Assembly (NCBI GenBank): GCA_023382975.1
Contig: JAHDXO010000005.1
Coordinates: forward strand, 44,876 to 108,875
Reading direction: 5' to 3'
Source: Pirellulaceae bacterium
GTDB lineage: Bacteria; Planctomycetota; Planctomycetia; Pirellulales; Pirellulaceae
Length of the DNA stretch: 64,000 bases
The translations under genes and the position numbers were made by a program. A model generated the notes under the pieces. The model saw only the letters and a list, made by a program, of their open reading frames with translations, was not told where the DNA came from and searched no databases. Shown one piece after another: positions 38,869 through 47,210 of this stretch. How positions within the stretch are numbered: position 1 is the first letter of the stretch; each line of letters begins with the position of its first letter.

Positions 38869-39795
38869 ATGTACAAGAATTTGAACCCTGCTTCTTTAGG
38901 GGTGTCCGGGCGACAGAGTGAATTGATTGAGTTGGCATTGACCTACGGCTTTCGGGGGCTAGACCTGGAGGCGGGCGAAATCGTCAAGCGAGCGGTGCAA
39001 CTGGGAGTCGAGGAAGCGGCCCGTTACATCCGCAGCGGACGGGTCAAAGTTGGTGGGTGGACTCAGTCAGTCGACGTGTCAGCGTCCGCCGACGCGTTTT
39101 CCAAACAGATGGATCGCCTGCCGACCCTTGCCGCCGCTGCCAAGCAGATCGGGCTCACGTATTGCACGATCGATATTCAGCCGGTCAGTGCGGATCTGCC
39201 GTACCACGAAAACTTTGAACGGCATCGAGAGCGATTGAATTCGGCCGCCGAGGTGCTGCAGCAGCAGGGGATCCGGCTCGGTTTGAGGCTGAGGGCTTCG
39301 GCCGGACACCGGCAGGACGGCGCGTACCAGTTCATTCACCAAGCCGAGGAACTGCTGACACTGATACGCACGATCGCGTCGGACAACGTCGGTCTAGCGT
39401 TGGATACCTGGAGTTGGAAAGTGGGTGGCGGCGGTAGCGACCAATTGGCCGAGTTGACGGGGCAGCAGATCGTCTCGGTCGCGATCGCCGATGTCCCCTT
39501 GGATACCGATCTCCGCACGATTACCGAGTCGCAGCGGTTGCTGCCGGACGAGGACTCCATCCCCGAACATGGCGCGTTGCTGCGGTCGTTGAGCCAGCGG
39601 AAGTACGCCGGTCCGGTAACGCTTCGCCCCCATCCAAGCCAATTGGCCAAGTTGTCGCGCGACGCCAGCGTCGACAAGTGCGCCAAGATCCTCGAACAGA
39701 TTTGGATTGCCGCTGGACTCAGCAAGGCGCCGAAGCCGGTGCCGGCTCCCGCCCCAGTTCCGCCAGCCGCGCCCGCCTCGGTCACTTCCGACTGA
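38869..39795 (+). CDS. Sugar-phosphate isomerase/epimerase (xylose-isomerase-like TIM barrel) family protein.
   Basis: A GAGGGAGG RBS precedes the ATG at 38869, and the protein has a TIM-barrel-like pattern. The C-terminus is Pro/Ala-rich. Confidence 0.55.
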   Translation: MYKNLNPASLGVSGRQSELIELALTYGFRGLDLEAGEIVKRAVQLGVEEAARYIRSGRVKVGGWTQSVDVSASADAFSKQMDRLPTLAAAAKQIGLTYCTIDIQPVSADLPYHENFERHRERLNSAAEVLQQQGIRLGLRLRASAGHRQDGAYQFIHQAEELLTLIRTIASDNVGLALDTWSWKVGGGGSDQLAELTGQQIVSVAIADVPLDTDLRTITESQRLLPDEDSIPEHGALLRSLSQRKYAGPVTLRPHPSQLAKLSRDASVDKCAKILEQIWIAAGLSKAPKPVPAPAPVPPAAPASVTSD

Positions 39796-40822
39796 GCACT
39801 CCGGCCGAGTGCAGAATGCGGTACGCGTGATGCCAGCGTACGCTGACCCGACCGGTCGCGTACGCCAACAGGCAGGACAGGCTGAGCATGATCAGGCACC
39901 AGCCCGCTGCTCGGTTGCCGGGCAACTTGTCGCCCAGGCCCAAGATTTGGACGAATTCGCTCTCCTGATCTGCCAGCATAAACACGCCCAACAGCATGGC
40001 ATAGACCATCGCCAATCCCAGCGTGACGAGCGAAACAACCCAGACAGTGCTCCAGTCGGGAAGTTGGGTCATGTAGACGGCGTAGGCGATCTGGAGTACG
40101 CCGGCCAGCAACAGCAGGAAAGCCCAACGCGACACGCCCAGCGATTGAGCCGTGCGAAAATGCTCGACGGCATCCAGGACGGCAGGCACCATACTGAACA
40201 GACTTGCCAGGACCAAAGCCGCGGCCAATTGATGGACCGTCGACCGTCTTGCCGCTTCGGCCTCGTACCCTCGCACCCGTTCCTCCGGAGCTGTCCCGGC
40301 GATTGGGGGCGGCGCGACAGGCGACAGTGCGTCGACGGCGGCGGGCGTCGAGTTCAAGGGTCGATCTTCCTCGATCGGCATCGATATCGCAGATCCGACG
40401 TGCGGCAGAGACGACTGGGTTGGAGTCGGCGGTGGTGTTGGAGTCGACGGTGGTGTTGGAGTCGACGGTGGTGTTGGAGTCGTGCCGCGGGTTGTCGGCG
40501 GCTCGGCGCGCGGTAACGGCGGCGGATTCGGAGCAACGTCTGGCAGCGAAGGCGGAACGGATGGTTCGCGTACGGGCAGTCGTGGCGGGGCGGACGCCCT
40601 GAAGCTCGGCACCGGCGGCGGAGCGGTGCTCCCGCTGGTTGGCAACGCTGGCGGATTGGTCGGTTCAAGCCTCGGCAGCGGCGGCGGTTCCGCGGGGATT
40701 CGATCTGGGACAGGCGGCGGTACACACGCGCCGAACGATGGACACTCCATCTCGCTGGGCACTGTATCAGAGGGCCGATCGAGAGGAACTTCGGAGACAG
40801 GGCACGGGGTGGAGTTTGCCAT
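39782..40822 (-). CDS. Pro/Thr-rich membrane protein (N-terminal PT-repeat region plus about four C-terminal transmembrane helices).
   Basis: Start is MANSTPCP at 40822. It overlaps the upstream gene's stop in TGATG fashion. It carries TPTPPSTPTPPSTPTPPPTPT repeats, and its C-terminus is hydrophobic. Confidence 0.55.
   Translation of the reverse strand: MANSTPCPVSEVPLDRPSDTVPSEMECPSFGACVPPPVPDRIPAEPPPLPRLEPTNPPALPTSGSTAPPPVPSFRASAPPRLPVREPSVPPSLPDVAPNPPPLPRAEPPTTRGTTPTPPSTPTPPSTPTPPPTPTQSSLPHVGSAISMPIEEDRPLNSTPAAVDALSPVAPPPIAGTAPEERVRGYEAEAARRSTVHQLAAALVLASLFSMVPAVLDAVEHFRTAQSLGVSRWAFLLLLAGVLQIAYAVYMTQLPDWSTVWVVSLVTLGLAMVYAMLLGVFMLADQESEFVQILGLGDKLPGNRAAGWCLIMLSLSCLLAYATGRVSVRWHHAYRILHSAGVLSRK
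40419..40490. repeat. Tandem repeat, 18 nt x4 (imperfect), inside a CDS. It encodes (TPTPPS)n.
   Basis: gttggagtcggcggtggt / gttggagtcgacggtggt (x2) / gttggagtcgtgccgcgg. Confidence 0.7.
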
Positions 40823-41826
40823 CAGACGGAAAGAGCGATGACGACGACGATGACGACGCCGAGGAGAAAGAAAGCGGCGCCGGCCAGAAACATCAGAGCC
40901 AGATACGATGAATCGACGCGACGCGAACGCCGAACCGAACGAGCTTTCGAGGAACGCTGCTGGTTCCTCGCGTCTTGGGACGCCCCCGGCACGGGAGACG
41001 GCTGGGGTTGGACCGGCCACGCGCTGGCGGACGCCTGGGTTGGCTGCGGGCCGCCGACGAAACTGGGTGGAGCGAGCGGAGGTGGAGTTGCGACGGGTTG
41101 AGGCCAAGCCGGCGTCGCCATCGGAGCCGTCTGACCGTATTGCGGCTGGCCCTGCGGAACGCCTCCCTGAAACGGGACTCCTGTCGGAACAGCACCAGGA
41201 TAGGTCGCTCCATACACGGGTGAAACCGGTTGCTCGCCCACTGCGGGAGGGCCTCCCAAGGGCGTGTTTGCCGTCGAGAATCCCGCGGTCGGCGCTCCGG
41301 GTTGCTGCATCTGCGACGGTTGGACAGGGGCCGGTGCTGGCCGCATCGGCACGTGCGGGGCGGCCATCGGTACTTCGGGCCGTGGAGCCGCCATCGGCAC
41401 CGCGGAAGCCGCTTGGATCGGATACGCGGCGCCCGCCGGGCGAGCGGCAGGGCGTGCCACCTCGCCGGGCGCGGGAGCCCGGGGTATTTGCTGCCCCACG
41501 GGCACGGTCGGGGCCGATTTGACCGCTCGCTCTTGCCCCGCGGTGGGGATCATCGGAGCGGCGCGGACTTGCCGCTCCTGGCCCGCACTGGCTGCCGCAG
41601 ACGGCCCCGCGGCACCCGGCGGCGGAGCGATGGGAACCTCTTGATGCGGCGCAGTCGGCGACTGACCGGGCAGCGCCGGAGCTCGGCGAACCGGCGTCTC
41701 GCCATGCGGGTGGACCGAACGGGGATCCGGGGTCTCGGCGGTCAAAGGCTCGTCCTCCCAGTACGCGACCTCGTTGTCTTGGAAGCAGTTTGTATTATCT
41801 TCCACATGCCGCCGCATCGCAACCAC
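40822..41826 (-). CDS. Pro/Ala/Gln-rich protein with a single C-terminal transmembrane anchor.
   Basis: 334-aa ORF. It is a low-complexity P/A/Q-rich protein ending in a basic stretch plus the transmembrane helix SSYLALMFLAGAAFFLLGVVIVVVIALSV. It is translationally coupled to the downstream Pro-rich gene. Confidence 0.5.
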   Translation of the reverse strand: MVAMRRHVEDNTNCFQDNEVAYWEDEPLTAETPDPRSVHPHGETPVRRAPALPGQSPTAPHQEVPIAPPPGAAGPSAAASAGQERQVRAAPMIPTAGQERAVKSAPTVPVGQQIPRAPAPGEVARPAARPAGAAYPIQAASAVPMAAPRPEVPMAAPHVPMRPAPAPVQPSQMQQPGAPTAGFSTANTPLGGPPAVGEQPVSPVYGATYPGAVPTGVPFQGGVPQGQPQYGQTAPMATPAWPQPVATPPPLAPPSFVGGPQPTQASASAWPVQPQPSPVPGASQDARNQQRSSKARSVRRSRRVDSSYLALMFLAGAAFFLLGVVIVVVIALSV

Positions 41827-42853
41827 TGGCTTTCAGTCCGCGCTGCGGGAGGTCGGCTTGTGCCGCGGGTGGAGACGGTTCCCAGCGTCTTCCCTGCCAC
41901 GTATCGCGGCGTTCGAACTCTGCCTTGACCGCGGCATGCAGTCCCGGCTTGTCCAAGCACCAAGCAGGCCCGACCAGGAACTCGGGCGGTGCATCGCCGC
42001 CAATTCTCTCGACGATCATCGCGGGCGGCAGAAGCTCGATGAAATCGATCAGTGTCTCGACGTACTCGTCGCGTTCCATCAGTCGGACCTCGCCCCGCAG
42101 CACCTGGTCGGCCAACGGCGTTCTTTTGACGGCGTACAAATTGTGGATCTTGACGGAATCAAGTTCCAACCGCGACAGTTCCCGGGCCGTCGCCAGCATG
42201 TCGTCGCGGCTCTCGCCCGGCAAACCCAGAATCACGTGAGCACCGATCTCGAATCCGCGTCCGCGGCTTCTTTCGATGGCGTCCAGGAACGCTTCGTAAT
42301 CGTGGCCCCGATTCATCCAGACGAGCGAGCGGTTATGGATCGTCTGCAAACCAAATTCAACTGCCAGATACGTCCGCTTGGCAATTTCCGTCAGCAGGTC
42401 CAGCACATCCCCTGGCACGCAATCCGCCCGCGTGCCGATTGCCATCGCGACCACTTGCGGATGCGACAGCGCTTGCTCGTACAATGCGCGCAGCCGGTCG
42501 ACCGGGGCATAGGTGTTCGTTGCTGGCTGGAAGTAGGCCATGAACCGTTCACACTGGTAACGGACGCTCAAACGCCGGATCCCTTCGTCAAGCTGACGAC
42601 GGATCTCCATCGGCGGCAATCGGCGGCTGGGGCTGAAGCTGCGATTGTCACAAAAGACACAGCCGCCGACCGCAACGGTGCCGTCCACGTTGGGACACGT
42701 CATTTTGGCGTCCAAGCTGACTCGCTGGACGCGCCCGCCGAAGCGGTTGCGCAGGAAGAAGCTGCAAGCGTGATACCGCAGGCCGGCCTCGTGCCAGGCG
42801 GTTCGCGACGCTCGATCCGTTGAGGGACAGTTCTTAGTTGACGGACTGGTCAT
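41795..42853 (-). CDS. TIGR01212-family radical SAM protein (YhcC-like).
   Basis: RVQRVSLDAKMTCPNVDGTVAVGGCVFCDN matches the TIGR01212 N-terminal pattern (RVQKISIDAGFTCPNRDG...GGC.FC). Confidence 0.7.
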   Translation of the reverse strand: MTSPSTKNCPSTDRASRTAWHEAGLRYHACSFFLRNRFGGRVQRVSLDAKMTCPNVDGTVAVGGCVFCDNRSFSPSRRLPPMEIRRQLDEGIRRLSVRYQCERFMAYFQPATNTYAPVDRLRALYEQALSHPQVVAMAIGTRADCVPGDVLDLLTEIAKRTYLAVEFGLQTIHNRSLVWMNRGHDYEAFLDAIERSRGRGFEIGAHVILGLPGESRDDMLATARELSRLELDSVKIHNLYAVKRTPLADQVLRGEVRLMERDEYVETLIDFIELLPPAMIVERIGGDAPPEFLVGPAWCLDKPGLHAAVKAEFERRDTWQGRRWEPSPPAAQADLPQRGLKASGCDAAACGR

Positions 42854-42953
42854 CGTCTAGTAAATTGACGGTTAAGTGCATAGTTCCAACGGTGGGTAGT
42901 TGTTGTATCGCAGAATAGTTTACCCGGTGAGCACGGGCAAGTGGAGCGCGAAT

Positions 42954-43352
42954 ATGTACGGTGAGCTTGTTCCATTGGGTGGCGGGGATCCGATTCCCTT
43001 GTTGAAGAAGTCGCTGCTGATCGGACGGCGGGAGGCGTGTGACATCGTTCTGCGGTTCGCCAACGTTTCGGGCGAGCACTGCGAATTGTCGGTGGACGAG
43101 GGCTACTGGTTTGTCGTCGACCGGGGCAGTCGCAACGGCACGAAGGTCGACGGAGTCCGCGTCGGCTCGACGCGCAAGCGATTGGATCCGGGCAACATTT
43201 TGTCGGTTGCCAAGCACAAGTACGAAGTGCGCTATTCGCCGGTGGACGATTTGGGCGCGATGGGTCCGCCGCCTCCGGACCAGGAACCCATGCGAGAGAT
43301 GCTCGGCAAGTCGCTGTTGGACAGGGCCGGGCTAAACCGTCGCCGGAGCTAG
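42954..43352 (+). CDS. FHA-domain protein.
   Basis: LLIGRREACDIVLRFANVSGEHCELSVDEGYWFVVDRGSRNGTKVDG is the FHA core (GR....D..L....VS..H..L....NGT.VNG). An ATG is confirmed at 42954. Confidence 0.75.
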   Translation: MYGELVPLGGGDPIPLLKKSLLIGRREACDIVLRFANVSGEHCELSVDEGYWFVVDRGSRNGTKVDGVRVGSTRKRLDPGNILSVAKHKYEVRYSPVDDLGAMGPPPPDQEPMREMLGKSLLDRAGLNRRRS

Positions 43353-43358
43353 CCGCCT

Positions 43359-43396
43359 CCGCATGTCGATCGCTGTCATCATGCGGTTGCGTTTTG
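43359..43396 (+). terminator. Putative rho-independent terminator after the FHA gene.
   Basis: CCGCATG-(14-nt loop)-CATGCGG followed by TTGCGTTTTG, 6 nt after the TAG stop. Confidence 0.4.
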
Positions 43397-43882
43397 TCAA
43401 CATGCCGTCCGCCTTTTCTGCGCGGCCACGAATCTTTTCTGTTTTCTCCGCGGTTCGGTTTGACACGGAACGAACCTGACATAGGTTTCAAGTGCGGGGC
43501 TGAGGTGCCGAAGGCGCAGCAGTCCCGGTCAGGATGCGAGTCCTGAAAAGGCCTGTCGCCTCCGATCCTCGACAAAGGCAAACCAGTTGCAAAGCTGGGA
43601 CGCAAAGCCGAGGGCCGCTCGGACGTTCGCTCCGGGCGGCAGCCTGGCTGCCGAAAGGATAGATCGCGTTGTTCGCGGAAGTGGTGCGGTCATGGAGCGG
43701 CCGTACGAGGAAAAGAGGCTGGTGTTTCGTGTGTGTGGTAGAGGTCCGCTGGCCGCACGGCAGGCCGAGGCGTCGACAAACGTCTCGCGACCGGAGGAAC
43801 TCGGCGTCCCCTTTTCCCAGATAGCCTTCGCGGGCCGTGCTTGAATCGGCGCCGCGGACGGCGAAATCCATTGGAGGTTGTT

Positions 43883-44077
43883 ATGAACCGTTTCGCTCAG
43901 AAGGTCAGTCATTTCCTGAAGTCTGAAGACGGCCCGACGGCTGTCGAGTACGCCGTGATGCTGGCGTTGATCATCGTCGTGGCTCTGTCGGCGATCACCA
44001 CGGTCGGCACCGGCACCCGTGACATGTTCGACCAGATCGCCGGGGAACTGTCCGGCACGGGAACCGCCACTCCCTAG
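43883..44077 (+). CDS. Flp-family type IVb pilin.
   Basis: MNRFAQKVSHFLKSEDGPTAVEYAVMLALIIVVALSAITTVG carries the Flp motif G-(P)TAVEYAVML. A GGAGG RBS lies 5 nt upstream of the ATG at 43883. 64 aa. Confidence 0.8.
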   Translation: MNRFAQKVSHFLKSEDGPTAVEYAVMLALIIVVALSAITTVGTGTRDMFDQIAGELSGTGTATP

Positions 44078-44125
44078 TTTCGGCTCTCGTCCCGACGGAA
44101 AACCGTAGACCGTCCGGATCTGTCA

Positions 44126-44164
44126 ACCCATCGCGACTCTGCGGAGCGCGATGGGTTCTTTTTT
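44126..44164 (+). terminator. Rho-independent terminator after flp.
   Basis: AACCCATCGCG-(10-nt loop)-CGCGATGGGTT followed by CTTTTTTG. The 11-bp stem is perfect. Confidence 0.75.
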
Positions 44165-44298
44165 GCGCGCAGGCAGACCGCGTCGGAGCCCGTTTCCGTC
44201 CCCCCGGCCTCGCCCTCCCGCCCTTTCGACGGCATCGCAAAACGACTATGCTACACCTCGGTTGTTTTCGCTGAACGCTAACGTTCGAGGATGCCGTC

Positions 44299-45990
44299 AT
44301 GAATGCTCCGTTGAATTGGAACAGCAGGAACCTGACGCACGGTTGGCAGCGCGGCGTCACCGCGTTTTACTATGGACTGGGACTGACCGAGGCGGATTTT
44401 GACAAGCCGCAGATCGGGATCGGCGTGCCGTTGCTGGACGGGAATCTCTGCAACGTCCACGCCTACGACCTGGCTCAGCGGATCGCGGACGGTTGCCGCC
44501 GCGCGGACATGATCGGTTTTCCGTTCGGCGTGCCCGCGGTCAGTGACAACATCACGCAAGGGCACGAAGGCGGCAACGCCAGTCTTCCGTCCCGCAACAT
44601 GATCGCCAACGGGGCCGAGTGCGTGGTCAGCGCGCACGGCTACGACGCGTTGATCGGACTGCACCACTGCGACAAGAACGGTCCCGGATTCGCCATGGCG
44701 CTGGCCCGCATGAATTATCCGGGATTGCTGGTCAGCGGCGGCACGATCATGCCGGGTTGCCACCGGGGCGAGGAGATCTCGATCCTGGACGTCTACGACG
44801 CACAGGCCGCGGTCGCCGTCGGCAACATGGACCCGTCCGAAGCGGAAGAGATCCTGCGGACCGCCTGTCCCGGGGTCGGCGGTTGCGGCATTGCGGCTTC
44901 GTTCAACACCTGGGGCGTGGCCATGGAAGCCATCGGGCTGATGCTGCCCTACAGCAGCGCGATTCCGGCGATCGACGAAGCCAAGCACGAGGAATGCATC
45001 CGGGCCGGCCAAATCATGCATGGCGTGCTGCAGCAAGGACTACGCCCGCGCGACATCCTCACGCGCCGCGCGTTCGAGAACGCGGCGACGGCCATCGCCG
45101 CGATCGGCGGTTCGACCAACGGCGTGCTGCACCTGCTGGCGCTGGCTCGCGAAGCCGATGTCGAGTTCACCCTGCGCGACATGCAGGCAATTTTCCGCCG
45201 GACGCCCGTGTTGTGCTGTTTCGCCCCGCGCGGCAAGAAGACGATGGTCGACATGCACCGGATCGGCGGCACCCCGGTGTTGTTGAAGCACCTGTGGCGC
45301 GCCGGTCTGCTGGACGGCGACACCATGACCGTGGTGGGCAAGACGCTGGGCCAGGTCGCCGCCGAGGCGCCCGATCTACCCGACGACCAGCAACTGATCG
45401 TCCCGGCCGATGCCCCCTTCAAACCGTTTGCCGACGTGCAGATCTGTTTCGGCAACCTGGCGCCGGACGGCATCGTGTTCAAGGTTTCCAGCATGCAGGA
45501 GCCCCGGTTCCGCGGCGTCGCGTTGTGCTTCGACGACGCCAAGGACGTGGCCGACGCGGTCGAATCCAAGCGGATCCAGCCGGGCAGCGTCATCGTGTTG
45601 CGTTACCTGGGACCGGTCGCATCTGGAATGCCCGAGGTGTTGGTCGCATCGGCCGCACTGGCGGTTCCGGAACTGGACGGGAAAGTCGCCCTGGTCTCCG
45701 ACACCCGCGTGTCCGGCGTTTCGCACGGCGCGATCGGCGTGCATTGTGCGCCCGAGGCCGCGGTGGGGGGCGCCATCGCGCTGGTCGCCGACGGCGACGA
45801 AATCTCGTTCGACCTGCTGGCCGGCGAAGTCACGTTGCACGTCGACGACGCAGAACTCGGCCGCCGCCGTCAGCAGTGGCGGCCCATACCCCGCAAATCG
45901 CGCCGCGGTTACCTGCTGGACTTCGCCGCCACCGCCGCACAAGCCAACCACGGCTGTGTCAGCCGCATCCTGTACCCGGACTGCGCGTGA
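44299..45990 (+). CDS. ilvD: Dihydroxy-acid dehydratase (IlvD/EDD family).
   Basis: 563 aa. It has the Fe-S cluster Cys pattern (CDKNGPG...CPGVGGCG) and similarity to IlvD along the full length. Confidence 0.85.
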   Translation: MNAPLNWNSRNLTHGWQRGVTAFYYGLGLTEADFDKPQIGIGVPLLDGNLCNVHAYDLAQRIADGCRRADMIGFPFGVPAVSDNITQGHEGGNASLPSRNMIANGAECVVSAHGYDALIGLHHCDKNGPGFAMALARMNYPGLLVSGGTIMPGCHRGEEISILDVYDAQAAVAVGNMDPSEAEEILRTACPGVGGCGIAASFNTWGVAMEAIGLMLPYSSAIPAIDEAKHEECIRAGQIMHGVLQQGLRPRDILTRRAFENAATAIAAIGGSTNGVLHLLALAREADVEFTLRDMQAIFRRTPVLCCFAPRGKKTMVDMHRIGGTPVLLKHLWRAGLLDGDTMTVVGKTLGQVAAEAPDLPDDQQLIVPADAPFKPFADVQICFGNLAPDGIVFKVSSMQEPRFRGVALCFDDAKDVADAVESKRIQPGSVIVLRYLGPVASGMPEVLVASAALAVPELDGKVALVSDTRVSGVSHGAIGVHCAPEAAVGGAIALVADGDEISFDLLAGEVTLHVDDAELGRRRQQWRPIPRKSRRGYLLDFAATAAQANHGCVSRILYPDCA

Positions 45991-46037
45991 CGAGGAAGAA
46001 TGGGCTTCCTCCCAACGGGGCACGGCCGCAACCAACT

Positions 46038-46266
46038 CGTTGAACGGTAAGCCGATCGCGACTGCGCCCGAGGGCAGTTCGCATGAACACCGCGTAGTCG
46101 CCTTCGGAGGCTGCTGAAAAAGTCGTGGGGTAAGCTTCCAGCTTGCCAAATGGGGCGTCTAGGAAAGTGCGGGAATCAAAGATACGAAAACTCGGCAAGC
46201 TGGAAGCTTACCCCACCTCGCTTCTTGCCAGTATTTCAGCAGGCTCCTTCGGCTTGCCGTTTAACG
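46038..46266. repeat. Nested inverted-repeat element of about 229 bp (MITE-like). The outer imperfect inverted repeat is CGTTGAACGGTAAGCCGA / TCGGCTTGCCGTTTAACG. The inner perfect 21-bp inverted repeat is GGGGTAAGCTTCCAGCTTGCC (46127-46147) / GGCAAGCTGGAAGCTTACCCC (46194-46214).
   Basis: Read directly from the sequence. The outer arm motif recurs twice as direct repeats at 57171-57228. Confidence 0.7.
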
Positions 46267-46337
46267 AAGATGCGCGCCGCGCGCACCCTACGAACCGTGA
46301 CTCGAGCGGCCGCCTGTTGAACGTGACCGGCGCCGGG

Positions 46338-47210
46338 CTACTCGTTCTCGACGGGAATGTTCAGTTCGCGCAGTGTTTGGCGGAGCCAAGCCAGCGAGCG
46401 TTCGATCATCGGGCCGCCCTGGCCTTCGCATTCCATGCTTAGGACGCCCGTGAAGCGATGCTCGTCAAGGATCTCCAGGCACTGCCGGATGTTGGCCGCG
46501 TTGACGCCGTCGCCCAACGCACAATGGCTGACGGCGATGCCGGTTTCTTCGCCGCGGACTGCCGCGGCCAGCGATTGGCTGACATCCTTGACGTGAACAT
46601 GCGAGACCCGATGGACCAGACGGCGCAGAAAATCCACCGGATCGCGGCCGGCGATGAACGTGTTGCCCGTGTCCATGTTCATCCGCAGGTACGGGCTGTC
46701 GACGAAGTCCAGCATCTCAGCGACTCGTTCGGGATCGGTCGTGAAATAGCCGTGGACTTCGATGTTGATGATGATCTCGTAGACCTCGGCCACTTCCAGG
46801 ATCTGTTCGTAGCTGCGCCGCATCAGCGCCATCGCCTCGCCGTCGCTCAGCCCTTCCGGCTTCTTCAAGCCGTCGGTGGTGGCGATCCGGTCGCAGCCGG
46901 CCAGCTTGGCCCATTGCAGCGACCGCAGCACGTAGGGCACGCCGTACAACGGCCCGTCCTTGCCGGACAGCGGAAACGCCGCGTCAACTTGTGAAAATCG
47001 CACGCCGTAGCGGTCCATTTTCTTTCGCAGCAGCACGGGATCTTCGTACATTGCCACGTGCGGCTGATAGCCCAGGCCGTGAATCCAGCTTGCGCCGTCG
47101 ATCAAGCCGCATTCGATGAAATGGACATCATTCTGCTGGGCCCACTGCAGACACCGCTCGAAGTTCCAGTACGACGAGTTAAAGGCGTCGGTATGAAAGC
47201 CGATCTTCAT
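46338..47210 (-). CDS. Sugar-phosphate isomerase/epimerase (xylose-isomerase-like TIM barrel) family protein.
   Basis: Start is MKIGFHTDAF. Its ATG overlaps the stop of the upstream URO-D-like gene (ATGA). The ORF track's long N-terminal extension to 48047 is an antisense/GC artefact. Confidence 0.65.
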   Translation of the reverse strand: MKIGFHTDAFNSSYWNFERCLQWAQQNDVHFIECGLIDGASWIHGLGYQPHVAMYEDPVLLRKKMDRYGVRFSQVDAAFPLSGKDGPLYGVPYVLRSLQWAKLAGCDRIATTDGLKKPEGLSDGEAMALMRRSYEQILEVAEVYEIIINIEVHGYFTTDPERVAEMLDFVDSPYLRMNMDTGNTFIAGRDPVDFLRRLVHRVSHVHVKDVSQSLAAAVRGEETGIAVSHCALGDGVNAANIRQCLEILDEHRFTGVLSMECEGQGGPMIERSLAWLRQTLRELNIPVENE

